A DNA stretch of 63,936 bases, counting the filler, from Platydemus manokwari (lineage: Eukaryota), in NCBI GenBank assembly GCA_037951405.1. It is 6 parts of 6 records of this genome, joined end to end, with 100 filler letters (N's around TTAATTAATTAA, not from the genome) between each part and the next. Parts side by side here need not be neighbours in the genome. Positions count along the whole stretch, not along the records: positions 10,212 to 21,632 come from JBBMOY010687763.1; positions 21,733 to 35,169 come from JBBMOY011724732.1; 4 more parts are not named here. One strand, 5' to 3'. The position numbers were made by a program, and so were the translations under genes. Under the pieces are notes generated by a model. That model was not told the origin of the DNA. It worked only from the letters and a program-made list of their open reading frames with translations, and made no database searches. Position 1 is the first letter of the stretch, and each line of letters starts with the position of its first letter. This document shows positions 14,101 through 26,655 of this stretch, piece after piece.

Positions 14101-15708
14101 ATATTTTTAAAAATCCATAATTAAATTACTTGAATCATTACAATATTATTGGGAAAAAATGCTTTAATGTTAGAAGAAAATTGAAAATAAAATTAAAGTT
14201 TTTATAATAATTTTTTCGAAGTTTTTATAAGTAGTATCATGTAGTCAAATTTTAATCCGATTTCTAAAGAATCTTAGATGAAATGATTATTAACGGTTAT
14301 TTTTTTAAATCAAGATATCATGGTGATTATTGGAAAATAAAATTAGCAGCTAGTAATCTCCATAAACACGAAATTTTAATTAACCAATCAAAGTTGAATA
14401 ACTACTTGATTGATTGAATTCTATGTCGAATGAAATATTCTTGATGATTTTCAAAATTTTTGTGTCATACAAGATCATATCAAATGAAACTAAATTGATT
14501 TTTTTAAACTATATTTGGTTTATTAGAATTGCAACCAATTTTCTCATTAAATTGTGCTGGTATTGAATTCAACGTTTTGTAGTTGTTTCGACTCTGGTTT
14601 ATTTGTAAATTTCTCGTTGAAAAAATACAAAATTTCCAACTATTTGTTTAGGACGAAAACAATTTGTATTAAGGAAATCATTCAGACAAGATCACACATG
14701 TGTTTTATTGTAGAAATCTACTATTGATGAAATCTCTTAAATTATCTCAAGAATTGGTTAACTTATTTCATAAATATGGTGTTACTTAATCATACGATTT
14801 AACTGAATTTTCTCTCACAAAATGAACTCAATTTTACAAGTGTCTCCCCTCATTGATCATAACCTTCGCCAACAGTAAACATTTGGAAAAATGTATCCAA
14901 AGATAATGATTCATGTGCGATAACCATGAAGCATTTTAGTAGGAGGTTCTTCCAACCCACAACCAACATCCTTAAAAGAATTTATTTTTACTAAAACCAG
15001 ATTTGAAATTGATAATTATATATAATATTCTAACAGTGGGACTTGAAATAAATAAATCTATTGCTTTGACACGATTGAACATGTGGATTAATATTGACCA
15101 TATGAAGTCCACGTTTTAAAAAATACTCAACAATATTTATTGACATTCTAATACGTAGTAATAATATGATTTGTTTGTTTTGTAAAAAAACAAATACACT
15201 GATCATTGAAATGACCAACAAAATAATTTCACGTATAAAATATTTTCCTATGACCATGATTAATTAGCAATACGAATGTTTGTCTATTAATAGACTCATA
15301 TGATATAATAGTCCGTGATTAATGACATAATAGGTGTAACATGACGTGTAAAATGTTTTTATTGGTAATGATCATTTGTAAAATAATGTAATCAAATTTG
15401 GGGCTTCATTTTATAATATTAAAATATCATTAATTAAATTAATAATTAAAAATTTTAAATCTCAATTTTGAATTTAAATGACTATTTTCATTAAGCATTC
15501 ATGATTAACATCAACGATCAGCTCGACATACTTATTTGTTAAAAGATGATATTTATGTTTATACTTACATATGAAGACAGAAATCACTAAACAATGATTT
15601 TAGTACACGGGCATTGATAATTGGCATTTTCATATTAGTATTTAATTAAACCTTTTTTTTTACAATTCTTCAAACCAGTAGGGGGTTTTGAGCCCATCAA
15701 TTTACTTA

Positions 15709-15904
15709 TTGTCTTTTCCGGACTATAAGTTGACTGATTAATAAATTAAATTAAATTTAAAATGTATAGCAAGAATTAATTCTCTTCATCATCTAAAATG
15801 TCACATTATTAATATCATCACTATCTTTTTTTAAAAAATATTCCAGCCTTAATAATTCCTAAAAAATCTGTTTGAGGATGTGCATAATAATCCAGAAAAT
15901 ACGG
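15709..15904. mobile_element. pogo/Tigger-like (Tc1/mariner) MITE flanked by TA
   Basis: Left end TA-ttgtcttttccggactataag. The right end reverse complement reads TA-ccgtattttctggattatta. Imperfect TIRs with TA on both sides. Confidence 0.55.
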
Positions 15905-16374
15905 TATATAGCTTTGAATAGTGATCAATTTTGGCAATTTTATCAAATTATTTTGTAGGTTGCATAAAAATGACTGGAAAAAGTTTAACGAGAACTTGGT
16001 GTTTGGTTATAAAATAATTGGAAAAGAACTCGGTTGAATTAAAGAACTTATATAAAAATGCAATTATAAAGAAATAATTGTAACTAGAAATCGTTTATAA
16101 CTACAAATTATAAATATCATTCATACCGAAATTGCTTACAATAAATTTAAATTTAAAAATTTTCTTAACGAATCAAAACAAAGCAAGAACTCATAATTGA
16201 TACAATTTTAAAATAATCATTTTTGATTTTATAGCTTAATAAACTACAATTTTATTTTGTTAACATTATAAAAATTTTTAACGAAAGTTATTCTAAAATT
16301 TATTTGGTATTCAAAAATACAACTTGTTTTATCACATAACTTTATTTACGTATTTTTACGTAATTCACCTTCAA

Positions 16375-16393
16375 CCAATCAGATTTTAACACG
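16375..16393 (+). promoter_or_regulatory. ER stress element (ERSE)-like site CCAAT-N9-ACACG
   Basis: CCAAT(16375-79) cagatttta ACACG(16389-93): exact 9-nt spacing and 1 mismatch to consensus CCAAT-N9-CCACG, about 115 bp upstream of the BiP ATG. Confidence 0.7.
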
Positions 16394-16437
16394 ATTATCA
16401 GAACATACTATATTTTTCTTATACGTGTAAATATTCA

Positions 16438-16444
16438 TATAAAA
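16438..16444 (+). promoter_or_regulatory. TATA box candidate for BiP
   Basis: TATAAAA between the ERSE-like site and ATG 16508. The AT-rich background lowers specificity. Confidence 0.45.
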
Positions 16445-16507
16445 GCATTATTCAACTAAGTTACTTCACTCATTGATATTTTTAGAAATTTATTATTGAC
16501 TTTCAAA

Positions 16508-18539
16508 ATGAAATCAATATCAATTTTATTTATTTCGTTATTAATATGCAGTATTTATGCTGCTGATGAAGAGAAAAAGGACAAACCTAAGAAGGAAGAT
16601 TACGGAACAGTCATCGGTATTGATCTCGGAACAACATATTCATGGTAAGTTAACATTCATTATTGGAATATAAATTGAGAATTAATTTAGCGTCGGAGTT
16701 TTCAAAGGTGGTCGTGTTGAAATAATTGCCAATGATCAAGGAAACAGAATTACTCCCTCATATGTAGCATTTACAACTGAAGGTGAACGTTTGATCGGAG
16801 ATGCTGCCAAGAATCAATTGACAACCAATCCAGAAAACACGGTATTTGATGTGAAACGAATCATTGGTCGAAATTATAATGACAAAACCGTGCAAGATGA
16901 TATCAAACACTTTCCATTCAAAGTCACAGATAAAAACAATAAACCCAACGTTGAAGTTCAAGTCGGAAATGAAGTAAAAAGCTTTGCACCAGAAGAAATT
17001 TCTGCCATGGTTTTGGGTAAAATGAAGACCATTGCTGAAGCTTATTTGGGTAAACCTGTCACTCATGCTGTTGTTACGGTGCCTGCTTATTTCAATGATG
17101 CTCAAAGACAAGCCACCAGTGATGCTGGAACAATTGCTGGATTAAACGTTTTGAGAATCATCAATGAACCAACTGCTGCCGCTATTGCTTACGGATTAGA
17201 TAAAAAGGGTGGTGAAAAGAACATTCTCGTTTTCGATCTTGGAGGAGGAACTTTCGATGTTTCTTTGTTGACAATTGATAATGGAGTTTTTGAAGTCATT
17301 GCAACCAATGGTGATACTCATTTAGGTGGTGAAGATTTCGATCAAAGAGTCATGAGTTACTTTATCAAGTTGTACAAAAAGAAGAAGGGTAAGGATATTA
17401 GTGATGACAAGAGAGCAGTCCAAAAATTGAGAAGAGAAGTCGAAAAAGCAAAACGAGCTTTGAGTAATGCTCACAGTGCAAGAATTGAAATTGAATCTTT
17501 GTACGATGGTGAAGATTTCTCAGAAACTTTGACAAGAGCTCGATTTGAAGAATTAAATATGGATTTGTTCAGATCAACAATGAAACCAGTCGAAAAAGTC
17601 TTGCAAGATGCCGATATGAAAAAGGAAGACATCAATGAAATCGTTTTAGTCGGTGGATCAACAAGAATTCCAAAAGTTCAACAATTGGTTAAAGAGTTCT
17701 TCAATGGAAAGGAGCCAAGTAGAGGTATCAATCCAGATGAAGCAGTTGCCTTTGGAGCTGCCGTACAAGCCGGTGTTATTGGTGGTGTAGAAGAAACCGG
17801 AGATATTGTTTTATTGGATGTTTGTCCATTGACTCTCGGTATTGAAACAGTAGGTGGTGTGATGACAAAATTGATTCCAAGAAACACCGTTATTCCAACG
17901 AAGAAATCTCAAGTGTTCTCCACTGCTGCTGATAATCAACCAACTGTGACCATTCAAGTATTCGAAGGTGAACGACCAATGACTAAAGACAATCATTTCC
18001 TCGGTAAATTCGATCTCACTGGCATTCCAGCTGCTCCAAGAGGTGTTCCTCAAATCGAGGTGACATTTGAAATCGATGTCAATGGTATCTTGAAAGTATC
18101 AGCTGAAGACAAGGGTACTGGAAATAAAAATAAAATCGTCATTCAAAAGGACCAAAATCGATTGAATACTGAAGATATTGAAAAGATGATTAAAGATGCC
18201 GAAAAGTATGCCGATCAAGATAAAAAGGTTAAGGAAAAGGTTGAAGCTAAAAACGAATTGGAAGGTTATGCTTATTCATTGAAAACACAAGCCAATGATA
18301 AAGAAAAATTGGGTGGCAAATTGAGTCCAGCCGATAAAGAAACCGTTTTGAAGGCCGCTGAGGAGGCTATTAGTTGGTTGGAGAAAAACCAAGATGCCGA
18401 TACTGAACAAATGAAGGCACAGAAAAAGAAATTGGAAGACACAGTGACACCAATAATGACCAAACTTTATCAACAGAGTGGGGCTCCACCACCTCAACCA
18501 GGGGATGACAAGAAGGATGATGCTAAAACTGAATTGTAA
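16508..18539 (+). CDS. HSPA5: ER Hsp70 chaperone BiP/GRP78, 661 aa; exons 16508-16644 and 16691-18539
   Basis: Signal peptide [28 protein letters not shown] is split by a 46-bp GTAAGT...TTTAG intron. Hsp70 signatures [14 protein letters not shown] and [16 protein letters not shown]-terminal KTEL ER-retrieval signal. AATAAA at 18597-18602. Confidence 0.97.
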
Positions 18540-19829
18540 AATTTTTGATCAATCAGATGAAGCTTTTTAATGTATATATTTTTGTTCTTGTTTTCTAATA
18601 AATTCCATTTTAAGGATGATTTGTGGGATTTTATTTATTTATGCCTTTGTGTGTCTTTATCCGGTTTTTTGGCAGCGTTTCAATAATATATACAAATATG
18701 ATAATTATTGATTTTTGTTTTAATATTGTATTATTTTATTAACAATTATTGGATATTTTTTAATGTTTTATTTTAACTGAAAGCATTTATATGTTATCAC
18801 AATAATTAATTTTCCACTTATAGATTTCAAAATTTGGTTTTAGATTTTATAAATTGTAGGTAAATAATCGTCATTCATTTATATTGCTGTTATTAGGATA
18901 AGATCTACATTAAGTTTGACATACTCGTTTCAAATAAATTGCATAATAATTATTCTACTTGAAACATGCATTCAAAATAATCATTGCATAAATGCTTTGT
19001 AATCCACTAATTACACAATTAAATCAAACACTTATTGCATGTTTGACGATTATTTAAAGGCTTAATTCTGGTTTCTAAATTAAGGCGTATAAAACACATG
19101 TATTGAATTATTTAAGAAAAGGAATAAATGAATAATTCATATTTAACGGTAATCTTTTAAAATTTGAAAGTCAAAGAGAAAAGTTTGTTGGTGATTAAAG
19201 TTCAAAGAATCAATATTTTACTAAGAGTTGTTAATATAAAGAAATATCTGACAACAAAGATATCAAATAAGATAGATGATAATCTCAACTAACTATCCGG
19301 TTCTTTCTCAGAACTCCAATTAGAAAATTTAACATATCATGATTGTTAAATAAGAATGATACAATATACAAGTTCATTATTAACGAAATTAAAGATAATA
19401 ATAATAATAAAATGACGAATATTAATTAGCTTTTGTGCGGTAATTGTAAACATTAAGAGATTTGGTTATCGATCATGTCACGTTAAATGTCAGAAAGCAG
19501 TCTTCACAATTTTTAAAAAAAATGATGCTTTTTAAGTTCAATGCGATTTCAACAGTATTCCACAAAACCCTTTAGCGCGGTCTTGGACAAAATAATTTTA
19601 CAGATCAAAAATTTCATTTGAATTGATGATGAAATTCAGTTTGTGTTAAAATTATTCAGATAAAGTCGAATTTGAACATTAGTGCAGGCTCATAAATCAA
19701 ATATATGTTGCAATATCTTCAGAAATCATTATAATAATCGTGCCATAATTAAGTGTTAAAATCAATGTTATCACGAAAATTATGTATGTAAATTAAGCTA
19801 CGCATGACTGGTTCTTCCTTTTCTATTTA

Positions 19830-20065
19830 TAGCAAATGATGTACTTTATCAATCCTATACATGGTTTGTTGAAATATTGTCTGAACCAAATCATGAGAGC
19901 CGCGTTGACAACATCAAAGAACACAGTTCGCCATCTCTTTTTATGAAACGCTTTTGTGCATCGGCTGGTTTTTCCATTGTTTGAAGTTTCATGTTATGCA
20001 GATCAGCAACATTGTATTACAATATCTACATTGATATCCCTGACTGTAAAGCTACTTCTGTTGTT
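19830..20065 (-). pseudogene. Decayed pogo/Tigger (CENP-B-like HTH) transposase fragment
   Basis: Minus-strand pieces ..EVALQSGIS.. and RWRTVFFDVVNAALMIWFRQYFNKP resemble the Tigger VxxALxxWFxQ HTH motif; stops and frameshifts are present. Confidence 0.5.
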
Positions 20066-20179
20066 TTTATTGTTTCCTCACTTATATATTCTGATCTCAA
20101 TATTCCTAATATTATCCTTGTTCGTTTTATTTTACTAGTTTCATCCAGATTTTTTCATTAAATTTATCATAATTATCCC

Positions 20180-20956
20180 AGTTTCTATTACGTAATTCCC
20201 TACTATTCTAAAAAAATTTTCTGTATACCTTATTGTTGCACCGATTTTTTGTCTCTGGTCATATTCTTCCCATAGTTCATTCCTTAATATTCCTTATTTC
20301 CCCATATTCTTGATGAAATTTTGCTCTTTCTTGCTCTTTTATCATTGAACAATTGTAACTCATTATCAACAAAATTGCTTTAGCAGCAACACAATTCGTA
20401 TATATTTCATCTCTTAATTCTTTAAATAGTAACTGTGATTCTGATCCGAAAAAAGGTAATAGATACTGTACAAGGTACATAGATAATGTCCTACTCATAC
20501 TGTGACAATCCTAAGTCTATCAGATATTCTTCCTCTTTTAGATTTTTTATTTTGTGTAAAATTATCATTTATGATGCTGTTAGCCCATAATTACCCTCCA
20601 ACTGTTGCGCTATTATCTTCTTAATTTTCTCAATTGTTGTACATGCGTGTGTCGTGAAATTTATTTCATATACCTTTCCTCAATGCAATATCCATACGTT
20701 TACGTTTAATGGCTCTTACAATTGGAGATTTTTTCTTGTTATTCTATCAATTCCCTTTATTATTTTCCATTATTCACCACTTATTTGCATGGTATCTCTT
20801 GTTGAATTAGATTCTTAGCTTTTTCAAATTCTTTTCTGCTTACTAGTATTTGCATCTTTTCTATTTTTTCTCTGAATTTATTTCATCTTTGTTTTCCAAA
20901 TGCTTGTTTCATCATTACAATTTCATCCACACACTATTTCGTCATTTGCCGCTCAT
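20180..20956 (-). pseudogene. Degenerate coding fragment, possibly non-LTR retrotransposon (L1/Tx1-like) ORF1
   Basis: Purine-rich minus strand with many stops. YLLPFFGSE..EYGEIRNIK resembles the LP..YGxV motif of L1/Tx1 ORF1 (weak). Confidence 0.3.
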
Positions 20957-21632
20957 TATTAAATAAATATTTTGTTGTTGTTGTTGAGCTGTATTTTAGT
21001 TTATTTTACTGGTCCTATAAGGGGCTTCAATAGCGGGTATGGAGACCTCACTACTGGAAATTTATAAATATGGCTATCTAAAGGTTAGTTTAATGGATGG
21101 AGTTATTCCACCTTGGTGATAACGAAGCTGGTTGACGACGCTGAAAGTTTGAATAAATTAATCAACCACTTTAATTATTGTACGAAAGTGTCTTGGAGTT
21201 TTTACGTAAATTGATCTTTATGAGTCGGTTGATTTGTGTATAAATCTATCTCCAAATCAAAACAATTATATTTTTATAGGTAATTTTTTTCGAGAAAAAC
21301 AACGGAACAAAGCTGAAACTTAACACAAAAATATGAATGAATGGTCGGCACGTTGCCAGAGCAAGTAGCCATCAACGTCCGAAGCGGACGGAGGAAAGAT
21401 CTGTTGAATAGAAGAGATTTATTGGCAAAATATATAGTCATGCACAAATATGACTGTGATGTTATTATCAATGAACGATTATTATCAATAATTAATATAA
21501 TTAAAATGCTACAATCAAAATGTTAGAATATGACACAAGTGTAATATTATTAATTGAAATTATAACTTTAAAAATGATGGATCACAAAACCAAAATAATG
21601 TAATTGTTATATATAAATAAATTAGTAGACAC

Positions 21633-21732
21633 NNNNNNNNNNNNNNNNNNNNNNNNNNNNNNNNNNNNNNNNNNNNTTAATTAATTAANNNNNNNNNNNN
21701 NNNNNNNNNNNNNNNNNNNNNNNNNNNNNNNN
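21633..21732. other. Artificial concatenation spacer
   Basis: N44-TTAATTAATTAA-N44. Confidence 0.95.
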
Positions 21733-23961
21733 GTACTTTCTTTTACAAAGATTTGGTCTTTGTAGAACTGCGAACTCAAGATTGACTGAACTATTTAATG
21801 AATAAAATACAAGTTTTTCTTAATTTTTGGAAAGAGAGAATTTCATTGAATTTTAAATAATTGCAATCAATTCAATACTATTTATGTTACATTCTCAGTA
21901 TATATGGTACTAAAATGATTTCATTCCTTTCATAAATTGTAAACTTTTCTTAGTCAATTCAGCAATCGAAAGATCTAATGTAATAATTTTTTCAAATCCA
22001 TCTTTTTAACCAGATTGTTATTTATTGATTGTATGTTGACTGATGGAAATGTCTCTTAGGTGTACATGTATTCTTATTAAACCTTTTAAGTAGTATGCGT
22101 TTTTATCTGTATATTTTACATCAAAATTCTTATTTATAGATTATGACATTTAAATACAGCATCTATTTAGTCAGATTTCTTCGATGTCATCAAAATTTCC
22201 GCATAATAATATTTTTTAGTTAATTTTGTTGATTAAATTTTGGATCTATTTCTTAATATTTTAAAGATTTTACCCTGTGCAAATACTTTTTTTGCTATTT
22301 CTTTAAAATATGTTGATTTTATGTAAATGTGAAACATAAATGTATTGTGTGCAATAAGTAATCTCAATTCAGAGCACATACAGGAATAAAAAACTATTTC
22401 ATATTGTTCAGAATAATTTATTTTAACTTACGGGATCTGGATCTTTCCTGTACTAGTTAATAAATTAACTCCTAGGATTCGACGAACTTTGTTCTTTTGA
22501 TATTAAGAAATATACGTTTTTGAATTTATAGCTTTACTCTAGCAAAGACCGTAAAATTTTATATATTTTGTTCAAATGAGATTTGAATTATTATTGCTTA
22601 CTTCATTAATGCACAGTACAATTTTTTTACTCGAAATTGCTCGCGAAGTTTCTTTTTAAGCTGATTATCTTGTTCAGCAATCCCATGTACCATATATTTT
22701 TAATTCCCATGTAAACTATTCCCATCTTATTCATTAAATAAAAATCTCTAGTCATTACTTTGCCACTAACTACAGCATGACATGTTATTTTCTCATTTGC
22801 ATTTCAAGTTATTATTTGTACGAAGGATAACGTTTCCCAAATAAAAAAATGTGAATACAATACGATGTAGATTCCTACCTACTGTAATAGCTACTTTTGT
22901 AATTTTTCTCGATTTCATATCATCATAACTACTTTTGATTTATTCACATAAATGAGTAAAAATCGTTCAGTAATTTTTGAATTGTGGACACATGTGACAA
23001 TCATTAGGGATGATAAAAAAGCTTTAATTCGAATGAAGGAGTCTCGATTTGATTCTGAGAACGTAAAATATGTAACATAAAATATAAAGTACTTTTCATA
23101 TTATAAAAAATATTTTAATTTTGCTCGTGTTTGCGGTTTTATAACGTATCCTTGGTTTTACCATTAACATTTTAACTTTTATGTGAATATTTAAGGAATG
23201 GTTATCAGAAATGAAAATTGATCCGATTGTTTTGTTATTACTGTTCTTTGTTAATGAATGATTTTTATATATTATGAAAATAATTTATAATATAAAAGAA
23301 AATCTTTTATTTTCAATAATATTCTAAAAATAAGCAAGTATCATTTATAAAACATTTTCTTATAATTATGCTTTCAGATTTCGGGAGAGATACCCGAATA
23401 TTTAAATTATATTAAAAAGCAGTTAAAATTTAAAAAATATTTTTCGGGAAAAAAATTGTAATTTTAAAATAAATAATTGTCTTTTGGAAAGAAAAATAAA
23501 GAAAGGAAGGCAGTGTCTTTAAAAACAATGTGTGGAAATAGAAACAGAATAACGAAAACAAGAAATGGCATTCTTATGAGAAATTATATTTAAAAATCGT
23601 AAAAATCATAATAAAAAAAAATTTAAAAATCATTGGTACAAAGTTCAAAATTAATATTCAAAAATAAAATTGATGTATTTTCTAATTTATTATGTTTTAC
23701 TTAAAAATAATCAAATTTAAATTATCTTATATATAAAAACATAATAAATTAGAAATTAAACTTTTTTGGTAAATAATAAATATTTATGTCAATCCAAACA
23801 TCTTAATCTAACTTTTTTCTTTGATATTTAAAATGTTTTAAGTTTTTGAACAGTTTGGTTTTAATTTAGATTTAGTATTTGGATTTAGTATTGAATTAAA
23901 ATTTTTTTTATTTTAATAATTACATATTTTAAATTTACTTACCGTTAATTATTCAAATATA

Positions 23962-24360
23962 ATGTTACCAGCTCTCATGAAACAAATAGAATATGAATTG
24001 AAATTCCTTGAAGAATGTCATTTTGTTGACGCTAAGCCTGATGAAAACAATGTTCATCATTGATACGCTATTATTCGAAGCGCGTGTGGAACTCCGTACG
24101 CAGGGGAATATTTAAACTTATTCTAATCTTAACTGACAAATATCCCTTCGAACCTCCAAAAGTTTCAGTTTTAACAAAAATATTCCATCCTAACATTTCT
24201 GAGACTGAAATATGTTTGGATATTTTGCATAAAAATAGTGGTCTATTATGAATATTCAGAAACTTCCACCCAACTAATAGACCTCTATTATATGATTCTC
24301 ATAGGGAACAATACAATGAAAAAGTGAAAGGATTGGTTAATAAATATGTATCATATTTAG
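23962..24360 (+). pseudogene. Ubiquitin-conjugating enzyme E2 (UBE2D/UBC4-like) pseudogene, intronless
   Basis: MLPALMKQIEYELK...[20 protein letters not shown] /frameshift/ [44 protein letters not shown] motif and catalytic Cys are retained. TGA at 24061 replaces the conserved Trp, a frameshift occurs in the GGGG run, and further disruptions follow. Confidence 0.85.
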
Positions 24361-24595
24361 ATGTCTTTTTTCCTAATAATAAGCCATAATTTTACATAAA
24401 ACGTCAAAAGAATCTTGACATCGATAACATTAACAATGAGATTTTTATACATTTTTAATAAGTGGATTATTGTTTTCTTTAATGAATATTATTTTTCCCC
24501 TTAATGTTATAATTGATCGTTTTAATGTTATTGAGTTATTTGACGATTATTTTCCAATATTATGTGCTTTAACTGCATATACCAAAACAAATTTT

Positions 24596-25520
24596 GGATC
24601 TGGTAAAAATTCTGCTCCTAAATTACACATGTAAAAATTCTGCTCCCCAGCAAAAACAATTTGAAAAAATTAAAAAATAAATAATTTCAAACAATAGACA
24701 ATTTTTATTGATAAAAATCTCATTAATTCTAATTTTTTCAAAAATCTCCTCTGACGTTATCTTCACATAAATCCACATTATCCTGTATAAATTCATTTTT
24801 GATACTCATCATTGTTTTACATTTACTTTTGTTTTTAGCCCAATAAGATTCTGTTTTAAGTGTGAACACCTGTAATTGGTTCCACAAAGTTAACTGAATG
24901 ACTAGCGGTATGATGTTTATATCCAAAAACTTCAAGATTATTATAAGCTCCCCCATTCATCGCTATGAATAATAGATCCTGAAAGCATTACTTGAATAAT
25001 AGGCTTTAAAGTAACAGCTGACCTATTTGGGACCACTTATATATGACGTGTTCACAATTCCAAACACCCAAAATTGGTCATTAAGAACTCTACCTAGATG
25101 GTATTTTTGTTTATGACAAAACAGATTTTCATCGATTTGACACACTACATTATTGCCATCCAGCCTAACAGGATTAATATCAACATATCTGTTGATACAT
25201 AACCTTAAAATTTTAAAAATTTTGATTAATGTAGGTCTTGGAATAGTCAAAGATTTTAAACTAGACTCTTCATTTTACCATTTATAGAGAAAATCTAACC
25301 AAGTTCTCAAACTTATTAATAAAGAACCTGTTCTTATAGACAAAGTAGTCTTGTATTTAGAACAAGTTTTTATTTAACATTTCCAAATACATTGGTCCTA
25401 GGACGTTTCCTTCTTAGTTCATACTATTTGTTGATGATAATTTATTTTAATATTACCTTTTGATTTTTAAAATTACATTTACGAAAATCCTGCCCCTATA
25501 ATTACACTTGTAAAAGTTTT
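24596..25520 (-). mobile_element. Decayed Merlin (IS1016/ISXO2-like DDE) DNA transposon
   Basis: Minus-strand fragments CIWKC..TCSKYKTTLSIRTGS, VCQIDENLFCHKQKYHLGR..QFWVFG, VPNRSAVTLKPII..GSIIHSDEWGAYNNL..H..NFVEPITGVHT*N / ESYWAK. Terminus GGATCTGGTAAAAATTCTGCTCC at 24596 with repeated subterminal units. Confidence 0.85.
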
Positions 25521-26527
25521 GTCTATTAATTTGATGTGTTATTTTTGAATGTTATATCTCTGGAAAGATGAGTATTTGATAATAAATGAGTGACAGTTGC
25601 AACACTGATATTATTTTATTAAATTTGTATGAGTATTTGATATGTTTATATATAACGTATATGCAATAATGTTGTAGATTATGGATTTTTGATGGTTGTT
25701 TAATGAGTTATCATGATATCCATCTTTATATTTTTGTGTGGATTTATTTGTGTGGACATAATGTGATATGTGATTAATATTAAAAATATACATATTTTAT
25801 CAATATATAAAACACGTTGTTTTTGCAATTTATTTATTATCGATATTTTATTATTTATTATCGATTTTTTTTAAATATTGTATTGAATAAGGTTTTCGTT
25901 TTTGTGTAATGCTTTGGTTCTTCGTTTCATGCATTTTGAATATTAATTCTTTTACGTGTTTGATTAAATTACAATCTTCTTTATAATCTATTAGGTAATG
26001 TCGTAAGAGGATCAAATAAGATGTAAATATATTTATACTCGGTGAAATTAAATTACCAAATTATTCTGACTAATTTACCTAAATTAAAATGTATTGATTA
26101 ATAAATTAATACTAATGTGGATAACAAAAAATGCGTGATGATAATTCTGATACTACTTGATTTCCTCCACGCAATTAACGCAATTGATTCCGAAATGTTA
26201 CAATCATCCGAATAAGATTATTTTCCAAATTGTTTCCTTGCAAGTGAGATTTCTCAATTTGGTTTTCTTCTCAAGGTTTAATCTCCTGCTGTGGGTGGTG
26301 GTTATTCTGAATGTAGCTTCCATTTATATTATTTTTTCATGAACCCCTCACACAGCTCTAATGGTTATTTTAGATAGGTTTTCGAAACTAACATGTGACT
26401 TATATATTTAATTCGATTTTGGTTGGTCTTACATGAATTTAACATGTGCTGATTGGAATTATTGGCTTTATTATTTTATACTTTATATCATAGGTTATTT
26501 TGTACTTTATTAATATTAATTTTTCAC

Positions 26528-26655
26528 NNNNNNNNNNNNNNNNNNNNNNNNNNNNNNNNNNNNNNNNNNNNNNNNNNNNNNNNNNNNNNNNNNNNNNNNN
26601 NNNNNNNNNNNNNNNNNNNNNNNNNNNNNNNNNNNNNNNNNNNNNNNNNNNNNNN
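26528..26655. other. Intra-scaffold assembly gap
   Basis: Run of N without linker. Confidence 0.95.

Noticed and set aside
16758-18497. Antisense ORFs inside BiP (also 48582-48812 inside SUCLG2 and 46247-46444)
   Set aside because: Shadow frames of real coding sequence; long antisense ORFs are a known Hsp70 artefact
24061-24063. TGA at a conserved Trp as evidence for a UGA=Trp code or selenocysteine
   Set aside because: The same gene is also frameshifted, and the GPCR and SUCLG2 use TGA as a normal stop and TGG for Trp
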